Notes under the pieces: generated by a model | Told to the model about the DNA's origin: nothing | What the model saw: the letters and a program-made list of their open reading frames with translations, nothing else | The model's database searches: none | Made by a program: the position numbers and the translations under genes | Part shown: positions 9,683 through 20,153 of the stretch, in pieces | How positions within the stretch are numbered: position 1 is the first letter of the stretch | How the letters are laid out: every line of letters begins with the position of its first letter | Assembly (NCBI GenBank): GCA_018304505.1 | Contig: JAGVWA010000002.1 | Span: 1-64,000 of the forward strand | Length of the DNA stretch: 64,000 bases | Reading direction: 5' to 3' | Source: Nanobdellati archaeon | GTDB lineage: Archaea > B1Sed10-29 > JAGVWA01

Positions 9683-10198
9683 CAACTCATCCTCGGATTT
9701 CAATTTGTAATAAGTGTCGCTGCTTTATATACCTTATTTTCAGTGTTCATGGGTTTGTTTGACCTGTTTCCGCTGAAGCTTTTCGCTGCATACACCACCA
9801 GCGGCCTCTTGACACTTACTGGAGTTGAACACGGTTTTGCCTTCCTTGGTGAGCCGACGATCATTGTCGGAAACATCTATGGCCAGATCACGGATTTGTG
9901 CACGGGTAACATAGAGCTCATTGTCCTGTTTGCCGCGATACTCAGTACGTTCGACCGTTCAGTGAGGAACAGGTTGTGGGGTTGCGTTTTTGCAGCCATT
10001 GCGGTACTTGCGCTGAATCCATTGCGCATTTTCACTGTACTATATATAGGAAACTCTGTCGGCTGGGCTACCGCGGACATGGCGCACGAAGTCTTATTTA
10101 GGGCGCTGTTGTTTATTGCCATTGTTGGATACTACTTCGTGTGGTACGTGAAATCGCACGACATAATGGACTTTGTCAGGACGTTGAAATCGAAATGA
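9674..10198 (+). CDS. archaeosortase/exosortase family protein (ArtE-like context)
   Basis: TM protein with triad motifs LCTG, NPLRI and AHE; start uncertain (9674 or 9749). Confidence 0.8.
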   Translation: MRHQLILGFQFVISVAALYTLFSVFMGLFDLFPLKLFAAYTTSGLLTLTGVEHGFAFLGEPTIIVGNIYGQITDLCTGNIELIVLFAAILSTFDRSVRNRLWGCVFAAIAVLALNPLRIFTVLYIGNSVGWATADMAHEVLFRALLFIAIVGYYFVWYVKSHDIMDFVRTLKSK

Positions 10199-11391
10199 AA
10201 AAAACCTATGAACGGGGACTGAAACAGCGGCGTGGCTTTTCGCTTTTTGCCCCGTTGATTGGAACCGTGCTTGTCATGTCGACCATTTTCATGGTGGCGT
10301 CATTGATACAGAACGACGTCCGCTTAAGTAGAGGAATCACGAGCAGTTTCCAGTCCACTCAATATGCAACGCAAGCCGCCATCATCAGGGCCAAGGCGCG
10401 CATTGGGACACTGGAGGGCATTAGGAAGGGCTCTGCGGATTACTTCTCACTAACTGGCTTATCGAGTGAATCCTTCGGCGCGTTTACATGCGACAGCCTT
10501 AATGACTGCAAGAGCAGGGTATTGTCAGAGTTCACATCTCCAAATGTGCTGAAGAACACCATGATCTTCGCAATGACTGATTCCTTGGCTAACAACCTGG
10601 TTGACATTCGGGCAATGAGACTTGAGGGAGAAACTGTCGGGGCAAGTGCTGAGAGCATCAGGAACAGGATCCGCAGCGGCATTACGCAGGCCTTCAACGA
10701 TGGCTTGTTTGACTTCACCATCACGCCCGGTGGTAATTTAATATCAACTGTTGTTGACAGTGTACTGAACAAGCACAAGAAAGACATATCAATTGTTTTT
10801 GAGGATCCGCAGATTCCAGACAACAAGATCAGGGTTTCGCTGATTCCGAAAGGCGTCAGCCTAATTGACAACGCGCGTTTCAGAAACCAGAGGACAATGG
10901 GGGAAATGATCGACAGCGTTGTCAATGATTACATCGCCATCAAGAACGCGTATTTTCAAAAGGACAATATTGGGCAGGTGAGGGGCCAGTTACGCAGTAT
11001 CAGCGGTGTAAGCCACAACGCGACGATCTTCTTCAACATTTGCAGTGGACCCAGCTCGTTTACCTCGCGTGGGGAAACGTGCAACCCGACTGACAGGGGC
11101 GCTGTCAAGGGCGTGCAGGTATGGATTCGTGAGGAATACAACGGCAGGCCTTTCTTCATCAGGTTCAAGACCGAGAATTCGGCAAGGGAGGAATCCCTAA
11201 TATCAATTAGCTCGACATTGAACGCGGTTCTCGAATCAGAAATGGACAGCCAGGGAAACTTGGATCATGAAACCGTGAGCGAGGCAGTCATTAAAGACCT
11301 GCGCGAAGCCGGCAGGCCAGTCAAGGATCTCTTTGGAGACATTGCAGAAGGGTTGGAAGAGAGAATCATTGGCGGGGAGCCTTCAGAATAG
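10195..11391 (+). CDS. large pilin-like protein (class III signal peptide)
   Basis: RRG/FSLFAPLIGTVLVMSTIF; ATGA overlap with the archaeosortase stop. Confidence 0.7.
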   Translation: MKKTYERGLKQRRGFSLFAPLIGTVLVMSTIFMVASLIQNDVRLSRGITSSFQSTQYATQAAIIRAKARIGTLEGIRKGSADYFSLTGLSSESFGAFTCDSLNDCKSRVLSEFTSPNVLKNTMIFAMTDSLANNLVDIRAMRLEGETVGASAESIRNRIRSGITQAFNDGLFDFTITPGGNLISTVVDSVLNKHKKDISIVFEDPQIPDNKIRVSLIPKGVSLIDNARFRNQRTMGEMIDSVVNDYIAIKNAYFQKDNIGQVRGQLRSISGVSHNATIFFNICSGPSSFTSRGETCNPTDRGAVKGVQVWIREEYNGRPFFIRFKTENSAREESLISISSTLNAVLESEMDSQGNLDHETVSEAVIKDLREAGRPVKDLFGDIAEGLEERIIGGEPSE

Positions 11392-11403
11392 TTTGACTGC
11401 GCC
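11384..11403 (+). repeat. 20-bp direct repeat flanking the PIN TA cassette (partner 12166..12185)
   Basis: CAGAATAGTTTGACTGCGCC vs CAGAACAGCGTGACTGCGCC (17/20). Confidence 0.6.
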
Positions 11404-11448
11404 TAGTTTTAGGAAAGTTTTAAATTGGGCTGCTCTATATAAATAATC

Positions 11449-11649
11449 ATGGCGAAGACGATACAAATTGAGATACCTAAAGAGGCTGCCTCTTGGGCGA
11501 AGAAGCACAATGTTTCCATAGCCAAGCTAGGCGAGTTCGCTAAGGTGAATGCAAGGCTTGACCTTTTACTCCTCGCAAGCAGGATGGATTCTAAGTCCGC
11601 AGCACTTATATCCAAACGTGTGGGTAAAAGCGTATGGACGAAATTGTAA
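11449..11649 (+). CDS. putative antitoxin
   Basis: 66 aa basic protein, N-terminal beta strand KTIQIEIP; overlaps the PIN gene. Confidence 0.6.
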   Translation: MAKTIQIEIPKEAASWAKKHNVSIAKLGEFAKVNARLDLLLLASRMDSKSAALISKRVGKSVWTKL

Positions 11650-12152
11650 TTGCAGTAGATGCAAATGTTTTAATCTCTGCAATGATGTCTGCTGAGGGGG
11701 TATGCCGCCGCTTTCTTATCCTGCCTTTGATTGATGATAGGATCAAGCTGATTATTTCTAAAGAAGTACTGCAGGAGGTTCGTGGAAACACAAGCATAAT
11801 CTCTAGGAGAACAGGGTTAAGCGCAGCATCAATTTTGGAGGCCCTGCGTGAATTGATTAAGCACATGGAAGAAGTCATTATATCTGGTTTTGATAAGAAT
11901 TATGCTTTAAATTTCGTTCGCGACAAAAATGACGCGCACATTGTTCTCCTTGCTCTTGCAGGAAACGCAGATTACATTGCGACGTACAACAAACGTGATT
12001 TTAAAACAAGAAACCTTGCCCCCCTTGGAATCAAAATAAGAACCCCAGCAGAGCTGCTAATAGAGGCAGGGTACCAGTGGACAGACTTATACAGCACTAA
12101 ACAAAAGCGTGGGCTAACCTTATCTGCATACAAAACAAAACTGAGCCGTTGA
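11634..12152 (+). CDS. PIN-domain (VapC-like) toxin
   Basis: IAVDANVLISA, EV, RDKNDAHI, ADYIATYNKRDF acidic PIN motifs. Confidence 0.88.
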   Translation: MDEIVIAVDANVLISAMMSAEGVCRRFLILPLIDDRIKLIISKEVLQEVRGNTSIISRRTGLSAASILEALRELIKHMEEVIISGFDKNYALNFVRDKNDAHIVLLALAGNADYIATYNKRDFKTRNLAPLGIKIRTPAELLIEAGYQWTDLYSTKQKRGLTLSAYKTKLSR

Positions 12153-12231
12153 GCCGCATTTCAAGCAGAACAGCGTGACTGCGCCGCCTGCGGAAAACCT
12201 TAATAAACATTGGCGGATTATTTCCCATTAG

Positions 12232-15200
12232 GTGCATGTCTTGGGATTAGAGGACACTTATAATAGCATTGAGGACAAGTATTACGATTTTCTTGACTCG
12301 TTGGAGGAAAAGGGAATTAGCCTCTATTCTGTAATCGACCCGCTGGAAATGAAGGGCATTCCAACGTTCCCAATAGCGCTTTTGTTAATTTTCTTCATCG
12401 TGTCTGCAATCCCGGGCCTGCTCGGCGGCTTGTTTGCGCCATCTCAGCAGACAATAATTGTGCAGTTCTCTGTCCAGGATAAGGAAACAGGGGACTTCCT
12501 GAACGAAGCCCTGATTGACCTCACCGGGGATTCGAGGGTGCTGGGTTTTGTCACGGGCACCGATGGGATTGTTGAAGCAGAAGTCCCTGTTGGTGATTTT
12601 GACGTGGCGATTGAACGCGAGGGTTATGAGCCAGAGTCGGATTTTGTCAACATTGGCAAGGACACAAAGGTCGTCTCGTTTGAACTAGAAAGAAAGGCGC
12701 ACTCTATAGTTTCGCTTGTGGGCGATAATGAGGTGAAGATCTGCGGCGGCCCGTATGATGACCTGAACGCGTTCGGGACCGATGTTGATTATAATATAGA
12801 CAAGCGCGCGTGCACGGGCAGCACGTGTCCTGTTTACTTGTCGTCAGCAAAGACCTACAGGTTCTCTACTAGCGATAAGTCTACACTGAACATGGCGTAC
12901 TCGACCGTGGCTGATTTTATCCAGAAGGATAGGTGCATTTCCATGGCAGGCTTCGGAGAGACGAAACCGCAGAAAACCGGCAGGGTTTACCTGACTGTGC
13001 AGGCTTCTGACGGAAAACCAATGCAGTACGCGTCAGTGTCAATAGTGATTCCCGGAACGCAGACAGCGATCGATACGAAGAGGACAAATGAATTAGGCGC
13101 GGTGGTCTTTGAGGAGCTCGTCGGCACGCCGTTCAGCATTTTCGTTCCAATGCAAGTTGGGATTTCGCCGTACAATGGCATTGAGGTGTATGAGTTTGAA
13201 GAGGCGCCGCAAGAGCTGAACATCACGCTGCGCAGGTCCTTAAACACGACGTTCATAATGAGGACTGGAACCGGCGACATTGTCGATGAAGTCCTGGTAA
13301 CGGCGTTTGACTCAAGCAACAAGTTTTCCGGGCATTTCCTGAGCGAGTACGGCAGGGTGATAATGCCGTTGATTGAGGACGAGAATTACAGAGTAGGGTT
13401 TTTCAAGGAAGGCTACATGTATCAGGAGCTTGAAGTAAAGGCAAACAGCAGCGACCAGTGCAAGGTCGGAGGGCTTTGTTTTGTCACCATGGCGCCTGCG
13501 CTTGAGTCAGAAGTCGGCAAGGTGATAGTGAGAACGTTTATTGAACTTGAAGATGGTGTCCTGGAACAGTTGCCTGGAGTGGAATTGATTTTGACAGACT
13601 TCACGTCTGGCGATCTGCTCGGGTATGGAATTGTCGCCCCTGAACTTGATTCGCCGTTCCCGATAACAGATCCACTGACTGCCTCGGGAACATTCACTTA
13701 TGTTGACCCTGGCAAGAGCTACTGTATCACTGCGGCAGTAGCTGCTACCCCGCAGAGAAGGGTGGAGTGCGAAGGCACGGTTTCGCTCTCTGGTGGGGAA
13801 ACAGTAGAGGTGAACATTTCGTTCAAGCCGGAGAGGTTCAAGCTGCAGTTCAACGTCACACTCCGTGACACTAACGAATCCGTTGTCGGTGCGCAAGTAA
13901 GGCTGTTCAGGCGCGGCAGCCCAGAGGCGATTGAAAATAAGACAACTGGCGCCAATGGCAGCGTTTCCTTCGACGTGCTGGAATTCACCACGGTTCGTGC
14001 AGAGTTCTCCTACACTGACGATGAGGGGGAACAGTACAGGGCAGTATCACGCGAATTTTTCATGTCACGAAACTACTACAGGGAAATCAAATTGAGTGTG
14101 CTTGACACGTTTATCCATTTCCTTGAGTTCGAGGAAGTCGCCAACGTGTATGGAAAACCGACTGACACTGTCGGCGACACGCAAAAGAAGGTTTTTGAGG
14201 GCACGGCTGAAGACTTGGCACAAGGGCGGTGCAAGAACAGGATAGATCAAGATGGCTCGCTTGGAGACAAGATACCGCGGAGTTGTGTCTTTGACCCCGG
14301 TACTTATGAATTTGTTTTCGAAGTAGGGCTGCAGAGCGACTCACAGCTGGAACGGTTCAATGAAACAGTGCTGCGGTTTTTGCTCGATGCTTATCAATTC
14401 AGGGAAGGCACCACAGAGGCAGGAGGCCTAACTCCCCTTCCAACGCTAATACTAGGGCCTGCGCAATTCGATGCAGACCGGCTTCAGGAAAACATCCTAG
14501 ACAATGATCAGGTAAACACCAGCAGACTCAGGATTAACACCACTTCAGCAAATTTCTCTGTCTCTGGAAGTATGGTTTACATCGTCAAGGTCCCGGTGAC
14601 TGTGTTACGGACATTCAGCGGCTCTATACCAGTCGCACTTAATTATGAAGCCACTTGGTTAAGCGCTTCTGGCACCCAAATTGATGCTAATGATACAGTA
14701 CTTTTTCGGGCGCAGGCAGGCGAGTGGCTGCTCGACCGCGGCTTGCTGCTGAGCTCATCAAGGTACGTGTCAGTGCCGTCGCATATTAAGAACATCAATT
14801 TAGTCATTGATGAATTTTACTACGACGGCACGCTGAAAGCTAAGGTAAGCAACAAGGGCGGCGAATCTCTAGGGGTCGAAGAATGGAACTCGATAGAGGA
14901 CTTTGACGTCGTCTTTTTTGTCAGCAACACGCAGGACGCAACAGACGTGCAGTATGTGACAGTCTCCACAAAGAATAAGAACTTAACATGCGACCCCCAA
15001 GGATCTAAAGATGTGTGTTATAGTATTGATGGGGCAATAGAGACCTTTGTTTTTGATTCCAACATCACACTAGCTAACCAAAATACATATGATTACTTCC
15101 TCGGAGTTGACATGAAAAATGACGTGCGAGAGTGCGACGAAGGCGGTCAGACCCTGTTCGTGAAAAAATCATCTAGCCAGTTCGTGGTGCCTACTGACCC

Positions 15201-18200
15201 TGGAGCAGTTGATTTCCAGTGCAGCAACCTCCCACCTGATTATTCGCAGCAGTTGAGCCCCGTCGGCCTAACGTTTGCAGACACAGACGAAGCAGAGCTA
15301 AAGGTTGAGGTTACCGACTACTCTGGCGCGAATCGGTCATTAACGTACTTGTTCGCAAACCCGCTAGACACTGTGCAATTAGAAAGCGAGAATGTGAATA
15401 TATCCTCGCTGTTTGACTCAACATTACGTTCAGTCGGTTCATTGACTACAGTTGTCCAAAATAGGTTGTTCAGACAGAACTTTGAAGTCCGGGGGTTCGA
15501 AAGTGTCCTGGCGACGGCGGGTGTTGAAATGGCGAGGCCTGCGGAATCATCAAACGTTTTCGTGAGGCTAAACGGCAGCGGCAAGACCGTGTTGCTGGAC
15601 TTCCCGTTTGCAATAGTCGGTTTTAAAGACGTCAACCTGAATCTCATTGGGGATCTGGCTGAGTTGACATTTTCAATCAGGTCTAATTTGACAGACGCAC
15701 AGACGCGGGTGCCTGTTGACAGGAGGGCTTACAACGTAATCGTAAAATCCCCGAGTTGCCCAGGGTTTGCAACATCAGAAACAGAGGTTGACCCGAAGAC
15801 AGAATTCCAGCAGATCATAGACCCGGCGGACTTCAACGTCGATGCGTTCCTGGCTGCAGAAAAACCCCTCCCGTATAGCGAGCGTAGCCTTCTAGTTTAC
15901 AAGTGCAACTTCAATGAAACCAATGTGGCTGAGTTCCAGGCTATCAACGTGCTAGACCAGAGGGTCCCGGTGTTCTTTTCATCAGAAGCAACTGCGAATA
16001 GCACAGTAAAGGGCTGCATAGCCAAGAGGCCCAGGGAAAGGCTTGTGCTGGCGCCGAAAACAGAAGAAGAAGGCAAGGGCTACACGCACTCATTCTTGCT
16101 CGATAAGCAACAAGCGTGTAGTGACACGCCGTTCATTATACCCTCAGGGTCGTTTAAGATCGGCAACACATGTGCAGGTAACGGGTGTGATGCTAACATC
16201 TTGATAAATCGAGATACTGGGGAACAAGCTGGGTTCAATGGCTGTGATGACTCCACTATAGGTACGTGCTCATTTAACCACTCCTTCACGGTATTCGCGC
16301 GCCCCGGAGAACCCGAGGTTATTGATATTTCAATGAACGTGTCGTTCGATTTGGAGTACTACAATAGGGCAAAGAACTTGAATGTGAAACGGCACAAGGA
16401 AATTCGCTATGATCAGCCGCCGCAGTTCAGGCTGTATCCAGGGCCCGTGATCCTGGCAGCGTCGCGCATTGCAGGCACGCCATTTGTAGGCCTGCCATTG
16501 CAGAAATACTCAGGCATCCCCCTTGATGCTGACCTTTGGACCGACAATGTTGATTGCGTGACAAAGCACTGCACGCAGGAGCAGCTCGCGCGATCAGCAG
16601 CGCTAGGGCGTGATAGCAACCTTGTAAGTGAGTGTAAGTATAGCACTTACGGAAATCGATATCAACCAGGCTCACCAAGTGCTGACAGGGTGACTTGTGT
16701 TGCTGCAGGCTCAGATGATGAGTGGACCACGTTTTACGGAGCAGGCAAAGAATTTGTTCCGGGGCATGGTTTGCTTGACGTAAGCGGAGAAATTAAAAAA
16801 CCAGCATACGAGGCTAATGACTTCACCAAATTCGAGACAGGCGCGGACCCAAAAGTTTATGGCGAGGGCCGGGGGGCGGTGCTAAATGTCGGAGAGCGGT
16901 TTACAAGTGATATAAGCCCATTGCCAGCTGTGCCGAAAATCGATATTAAGAACCTGCAGCTGCTGATGCCGTACTATGCTAACAGGAGTTCTTTTGATGC
17001 CAATATTCTAGAAACACTAGATAAGAACCACCTGACTTACATTAGGCGAACGCAGTTCGTTGAGCCATTTATTGTCTTGAGAATGAAGAGCATTTTGGAA
17101 GAAATGTGGGGCGTGGCTGATTACTACGCAGGTGCAGTACAGCGCCCTGCAGATGCAGACAACTCGAGCCAGTTCAACCGTGTAGTTTCGCTGGACATTT
17201 GTAACCCTCAACAAAGGCGGGCTGGCGATGCTTGTGAGCCCTTTGAGTATTACCTTGGCGATGGGGCCTCGTCTTACGATTTGCTGCTGCCGGCCATATA
17301 CCCAGAAATCATCCCTCCAGTTAATGATGGAGAATCGACAAGAACAATTGTGCACTTTGTGGCAAACTCAACACCACAGCTGCTTGAGTTAATCCAAAGA
17401 TTCAACGAGAGCGTCCACGGCATCAGAGGGGCATTGTTTATCCAGACAGGCCAGTTCAATTTGCAGGTGTTGACGCCCGGTGAGGACATCATCAAGGTCA
17501 ACATGACGGGCATCGATTTAACTAGCAGCACTGTGTTGCAGCGCTTTGCCCAGACACAGCGCGGGGGCGAAACAGCAAGCCAGCTCGAGATAGAGTTCAG
17601 GCCAGGCAGCGTTGCTGACTCGCTGTTCATTGTTTCTGATTGCGCTTTCAAAGAAACATGTGGCGGCAATAATAACTTGAACCTAGACCTTGAAGCGCTA
17701 GTAATCGACAGGCTTAACAACATAACCTTTGGCACAGATAAGCAAGTTGTTTCAGCCGTACCGAAGGTCAACATGCTGCTGGAAATCCCGCTAGAGCAAG
17801 ACAAGCCGGAAGAAGCGCTGTTCAAAAACAAGTACGTCGTGCTGGCAGAATCAGTAACAGAGGCTGAAAACCTCATCAAGAGGTTCATGGGAATCCAATT
17901 TAATGATGAGGGGAAGTATGTCTTTGCGCCAATCAAAACCGAAGCCCAGACAATACGATCCATGTCGGTACAGGTGAATGTCTCGAGGGGCCTGATAGTG
18001 AAGGACGTTCCAGAACTCACCTTGTCGGAGTTAGTCAAGTTCATTTTCGACGAGGACGACGATTCTGACACAAAGAAAGAATCAACGTTTATTCTTAGGT
18101 CGTATACGAGAGATGATGTTCGCATAGGGCAGGGTGTATCTGGTGAATGGCAGGGCGCAATTTGGGGCATTCCCGAAAACGGCGTGTACTCGCGCTTCGT

Positions 18201-20067
18201 CAACATCACCGCAACAGATTGCATTATTGGAAACCCAATAAACTCTGTTTCGCCTGATTTCCAGGACGTGTTTGATTATAATGTGCCTGCTTCAGACCTG
18301 GGGAAGATAAACTTCGCATCTGGTGGTGACTCAAATGTGTATGGAAGGAACCCGGCGACTTATACTGGGCTGGCGTTGCTTACAATTTCACGCAGTACCA
18401 CAAGAGCGGCTGGGCAGACCTACGAAGTCACTATTGACCCTGTAGAAAGGGAGAAACTGCAACGGTATACCATCAGTGAAAGTACAAATTACACTATAAA
18501 TAGTGTAACCGGGTCTGATGGGTTATTGTGGCAATTCTTCAATAGTACGGGATTAATTGACTCAAGTGTCATGGATTTGTCATCTTTGAACCCCGACAGC
18601 TTCTGCCTGTCGCAGTACCAGAGGGACGTTAGCGTTGCATCTGCAAATAGGATCGCGGTTGGTGCACAGGTTGAAACCACAAAAGGTCTACCTGTTGATT
18701 CAGCCGATGGCACGATTCTAATAACAGACACTACCCCTTCTGGCACTGGGAAATCATGTGGATTCACTGCTTCAAATTATTGTACGTTTGCCCAAGACAC
18801 CGTAACGAGTTGGGAGGTTACCGGGGATTTCTTTGATAAGTGTGCTACTTTAGGTGTGGGAATAGCTAATAAAGGGGGGACGGTAACGTTCATTGCAGCG
18901 ACGACTGCGACTCTTGGTATCTATCCTTTAATATGTGGGGGTGGGGCACTTCTCTCCGAAGGTACAATAGAAGCCAAACAATGGGAGGAGGGCACGGCAC
19001 GAGTAGTGACTGCCGAGTATTGCAGAGTTAATCCAGGGAATGGGGTATTCTACACTCCAACTCAGGAAAATGAATGCCTTATTCCATATGGGCCTAGTTG
19101 CGGCAGTGAACCCGCTAGCGATAACTCGTGCCCCACAGTACCCCCGAGATCCCCAGGAGCCTACTGCAAGCAAGGATTTACAAAATCTTCTAATGGAAGA
19201 GTGTGTTGCCCAGTTGATAAGCCAGCGGCTAGTGATGGTTTTTGCTGCCCAGCAGACAGAACTTATAACCCAGAGCAAAACAGGTGCGCATGCACAAATG
19301 GTTTCGAGACCGCGAACGGAAATTGCGTTGGCTCGTTGAGTGAGTTAGGGGAACAAGAAAAGCAGCCGTACTACTATACGGAGTACATGAAGGACGGAAG
19401 CACTGCACTCGCAACGGGAATCTTCAAGGGAACGGCACCATTACAACAGCAAGTGACCGCAGTTGCCGAAACCACGGAAACAGATGTAACAGCTGAAACA
19501 CCTGCTGGAACCACTAACGGAGTCGTGCTACCCCCCTCCCCCCAAGCGACAAAGAGCTTGATATATGTGAAATCTGATGGAAGTGCTTCCCAACAATATA
19601 ACGTAGACACTTATGTTAAGCCAACCCTTGGGCACTTGGTGGAGACTCTTGGTTACGGCACAAGAAATGTCGACAGTGACTCGTATGTGACAGACAGAAT
19701 TGGGGAAATATCAGGTTCAAGCGATTGGTATAACTGGGCCCTTACAAAATCGCGTACTAGTGCATTCAGGCGTATAGAGCCAGATGATGTTAATCTTTTC
19801 ATGTTCCTAGGCTCGCGTTTTGAGGATGGGTGGGTTACAAACAAGCTTGAGCCATTGAAAATTAGGGACTTTTTCAGTAGGCAAAATGCTGGTGATTATT
19901 ACATAGAAGTGATTCCCGAGACGGTTATTGCGGCTACAGGTGAAATCGAGAGGCACCCACTTGTTATCATTATTAATTCCGAACGTATGAATTCAAGTGA
20001 TGCAAACTTATTCTATGCCGCTGCTCGGAATGATATTCCCCTCAGAATTTCTTTTTGGACTAAGTAA
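12232..20067 (+). CDS. giant (2611 aa) membrane-anchored surface protein with carboxypeptidase-regulatory/PEGA-like repeats and a Cys-rich region
   Basis: Single N-terminal TM; repeated V.V.D..G..L..A.V...T...G motifs; many N-x-S/T sites; CCP-rich segment at about 19020-19330. Confidence 0.8.
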   Translation: MHVLGLEDTYNSIEDKYYDFLDSLEEKGISLYSVIDPLEMKGIPTFPIALLLIFFIVSAIPGLLGGLFAPSQQTIIVQFSVQDKETGDFLNEALIDLTGDSRVLGFVTGTDGIVEAEVPVGDFDVAIEREGYEPESDFVNIGKDTKVVSFELERKAHSIVSLVGDNEVKICGGPYDDLNAFGTDVDYNIDKRACTGSTCPVYLSSAKTYRFSTSDKSTLNMAYSTVADFIQKDRCISMAGFGETKPQKTGRVYLTVQASDGKPMQYASVSIVIPGTQTAIDTKRTNELGAVVFEELVGTPFSIFVPMQVGISPYNGIEVYEFEEAPQELNITLRRSLNTTFIMRTGTGDIVDEVLVTAFDSSNKFSGHFLSEYGRVIMPLIEDENYRVGFFKEGYMYQELEVKANSSDQCKVGGLCFVTMAPALESEVGKVIVRTFIELEDGVLEQLPGVELILTDFTSGDLLGYGIVAPELDSPFPITDPLTASGTFTYVDPGKSYCITAAVAATPQRRVECEGTVSLSGGETVEVNISFKPERFKLQFNVTLRDTNESVVGAQVRLFRRGSPEAIENKTTGANGSVSFDVLEFTTVRAEFSYTDDEGEQYRAVSREFFMSRNYYREIKLSVLDTFIHFLEFEEVANVYGKPTDTVGDTQKKVFEGTAEDLAQGRCKNRIDQDGSLGDKIPRSCVFDPGTYEFVFEVGLQSDSQLERFNETVLRFLLDAYQFREGTTEAGGLTPLPTLILGPAQFDADRLQENILDNDQVNTSRLRINTTSANFSVSGSMVYIVKVPVTVLRTFSGSIPVALNYEATWLSASGTQIDANDTVLFRAQAGEWLLDRGLLLSSSRYVSVPSHIKNINLVIDEFYYDGTLKAKVSNKGGESLGVEEWNSIEDFDVVFFVSNTQDATDVQYVTVSTKNKNLTCDPQGSKDVCYSIDGAIETFVFDSNITLANQNTYDYFLGVDMKNDVRECDEGGQTLFVKKSSSQFVVPTDPGAVDFQCSNLPPDYSQQLSPVGLTFADTDEAELKVEVTDYSGANRSLTYLFANPLDTVQLESENVNISSLFDSTLRSVGSLTTVVQNRLFRQNFEVRGFESVLATAGVEMARPAESSNVFVRLNGSGKTVLLDFPFAIVGFKDVNLNLIGDLAELTFSIRSNLTDAQTRVPVDRRAYNVIVKSPSCPGFATSETEVDPKTEFQQIIDPADFNVDAFLAAEKPLPYSERSLLVYKCNFNETNVAEFQAINVLDQRVPVFFSSEATANSTVKGCIAKRPRERLVLAPKTEEEGKGYTHSFLLDKQQACSDTPFIIPSGSFKIGNTCAGNGCDANILINRDTGEQAGFNGCDDSTIGTCSFNHSFTVFARPGEPEVIDISMNVSFDLEYYNRAKNLNVKRHKEIRYDQPPQFRLYPGPVILAASRIAGTPFVGLPLQKYSGIPLDADLWTDNVDCVTKHCTQEQLARSAALGRDSNLVSECKYSTYGNRYQPGSPSADRVTCVAAGSDDEWTTFYGAGKEFVPGHGLLDVSGEIKKPAYEANDFTKFETGADPKVYGEGRGAVLNVGERFTSDISPLPAVPKIDIKNLQLLMPYYANRSSFDANILETLDKNHLTYIRRTQFVEPFIVLRMKSILEEMWGVADYYAGAVQRPADADNSSQFNRVVSLDICNPQQRRAGDACEPFEYYLGDGASSYDLLLPAIYPEIIPPVNDGESTRTIVHFVANSTPQLLELIQRFNESVHGIRGALFIQTGQFNLQVLTPGEDIIKVNMTGIDLTSSTVLQRFAQTQRGGETASQLEIEFRPGSVADSLFIVSDCAFKETCGGNNNLNLDLEALVIDRLNNITFGTDKQVVSAVPKVNMLLEIPLEQDKPEEALFKNKYVVLAESVTEAENLIKRFMGIQFNDEGKYVFAPIKTEAQTIRSMSVQVNVSRGLIVKDVPELTLSELVKFIFDEDDDSDTKKESTFILRSYTRDDVRIGQGVSGEWQGAIWGIPENGVYSRFVNITATDCIIGNPINSVSPDFQDVFDYNVPASDLGKINFASGGDSNVYGRNPATYTGLALLTISRSTTRAAGQTYEVTIDPVEREKLQRYTISESTNYTINSVTGSDGLLWQFFNSTGLIDSSVMDLSSLNPDSFCLSQYQRDVSVASANRIAVGAQVETTKGLPVDSADGTILITDTTPSGTGKSCGFTASNYCTFAQDTVTSWEVTGDFFDKCATLGVGIANKGGTVTFIAATTATLGIYPLICGGGALLSEGTIEAKQWEEGTARVVTAEYCRVNPGNGVFYTPTQENECLIPYGPSCGSEPASDNSCPTVPPRSPGAYCKQGFTKSSNGRVCCPVDKPAASDGFCCPADRTYNPEQNRCACTNGFETANGNCVGSLSELGEQEKQPYYYTEYMKDGSTALATGIFKGTAPLQQQVTAVAETTETDVTAETPAGTTNGVVLPPSPQATKSLIYVKSDGSASQQYNVDTYVKPTLGHLVETLGYGTRNVDSDSYVTDRIGEISGSSDWYNWALTKSRTSAFRRIEPDDVNLFMFLGSRFEDGWVTNKLEPLKIRDFFSRQNAGDYYIEVIPETVIAATGEIERHPLVIIINSERMNSSDANLFYAAARNDIPLRISFWTK

Positions 20068-20068
20068 T

Positions 20069-20118
20069 GCTGCACTGTAAACGTTTATAAACCCGCGCTG
20101 AGTGTTTTTGCGCGATGA
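20069..20118 (+). repeat. 50-bp direct repeat, copy A (duplicated promoter and start of the 21555 gene)
   Basis: 48/50 identical to 21512..21561; contains TTTATAAA. Confidence 0.9.
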
Positions 20119-20153
20119 TGAGCCGTTCAGCGAAAATACGCAGATGCACGCGC

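Noticed and set aside
1228-9703. Archaellum operon
   Set aside because: No ArlH/ArlF/ArlG-like genes, and the pilins lack the archaellin N-terminal consensus
17274-18224. 316-aa minus-strand ORF
   Set aside because: Antisense to the giant protein; Ser-rich shadow composition, no motifs
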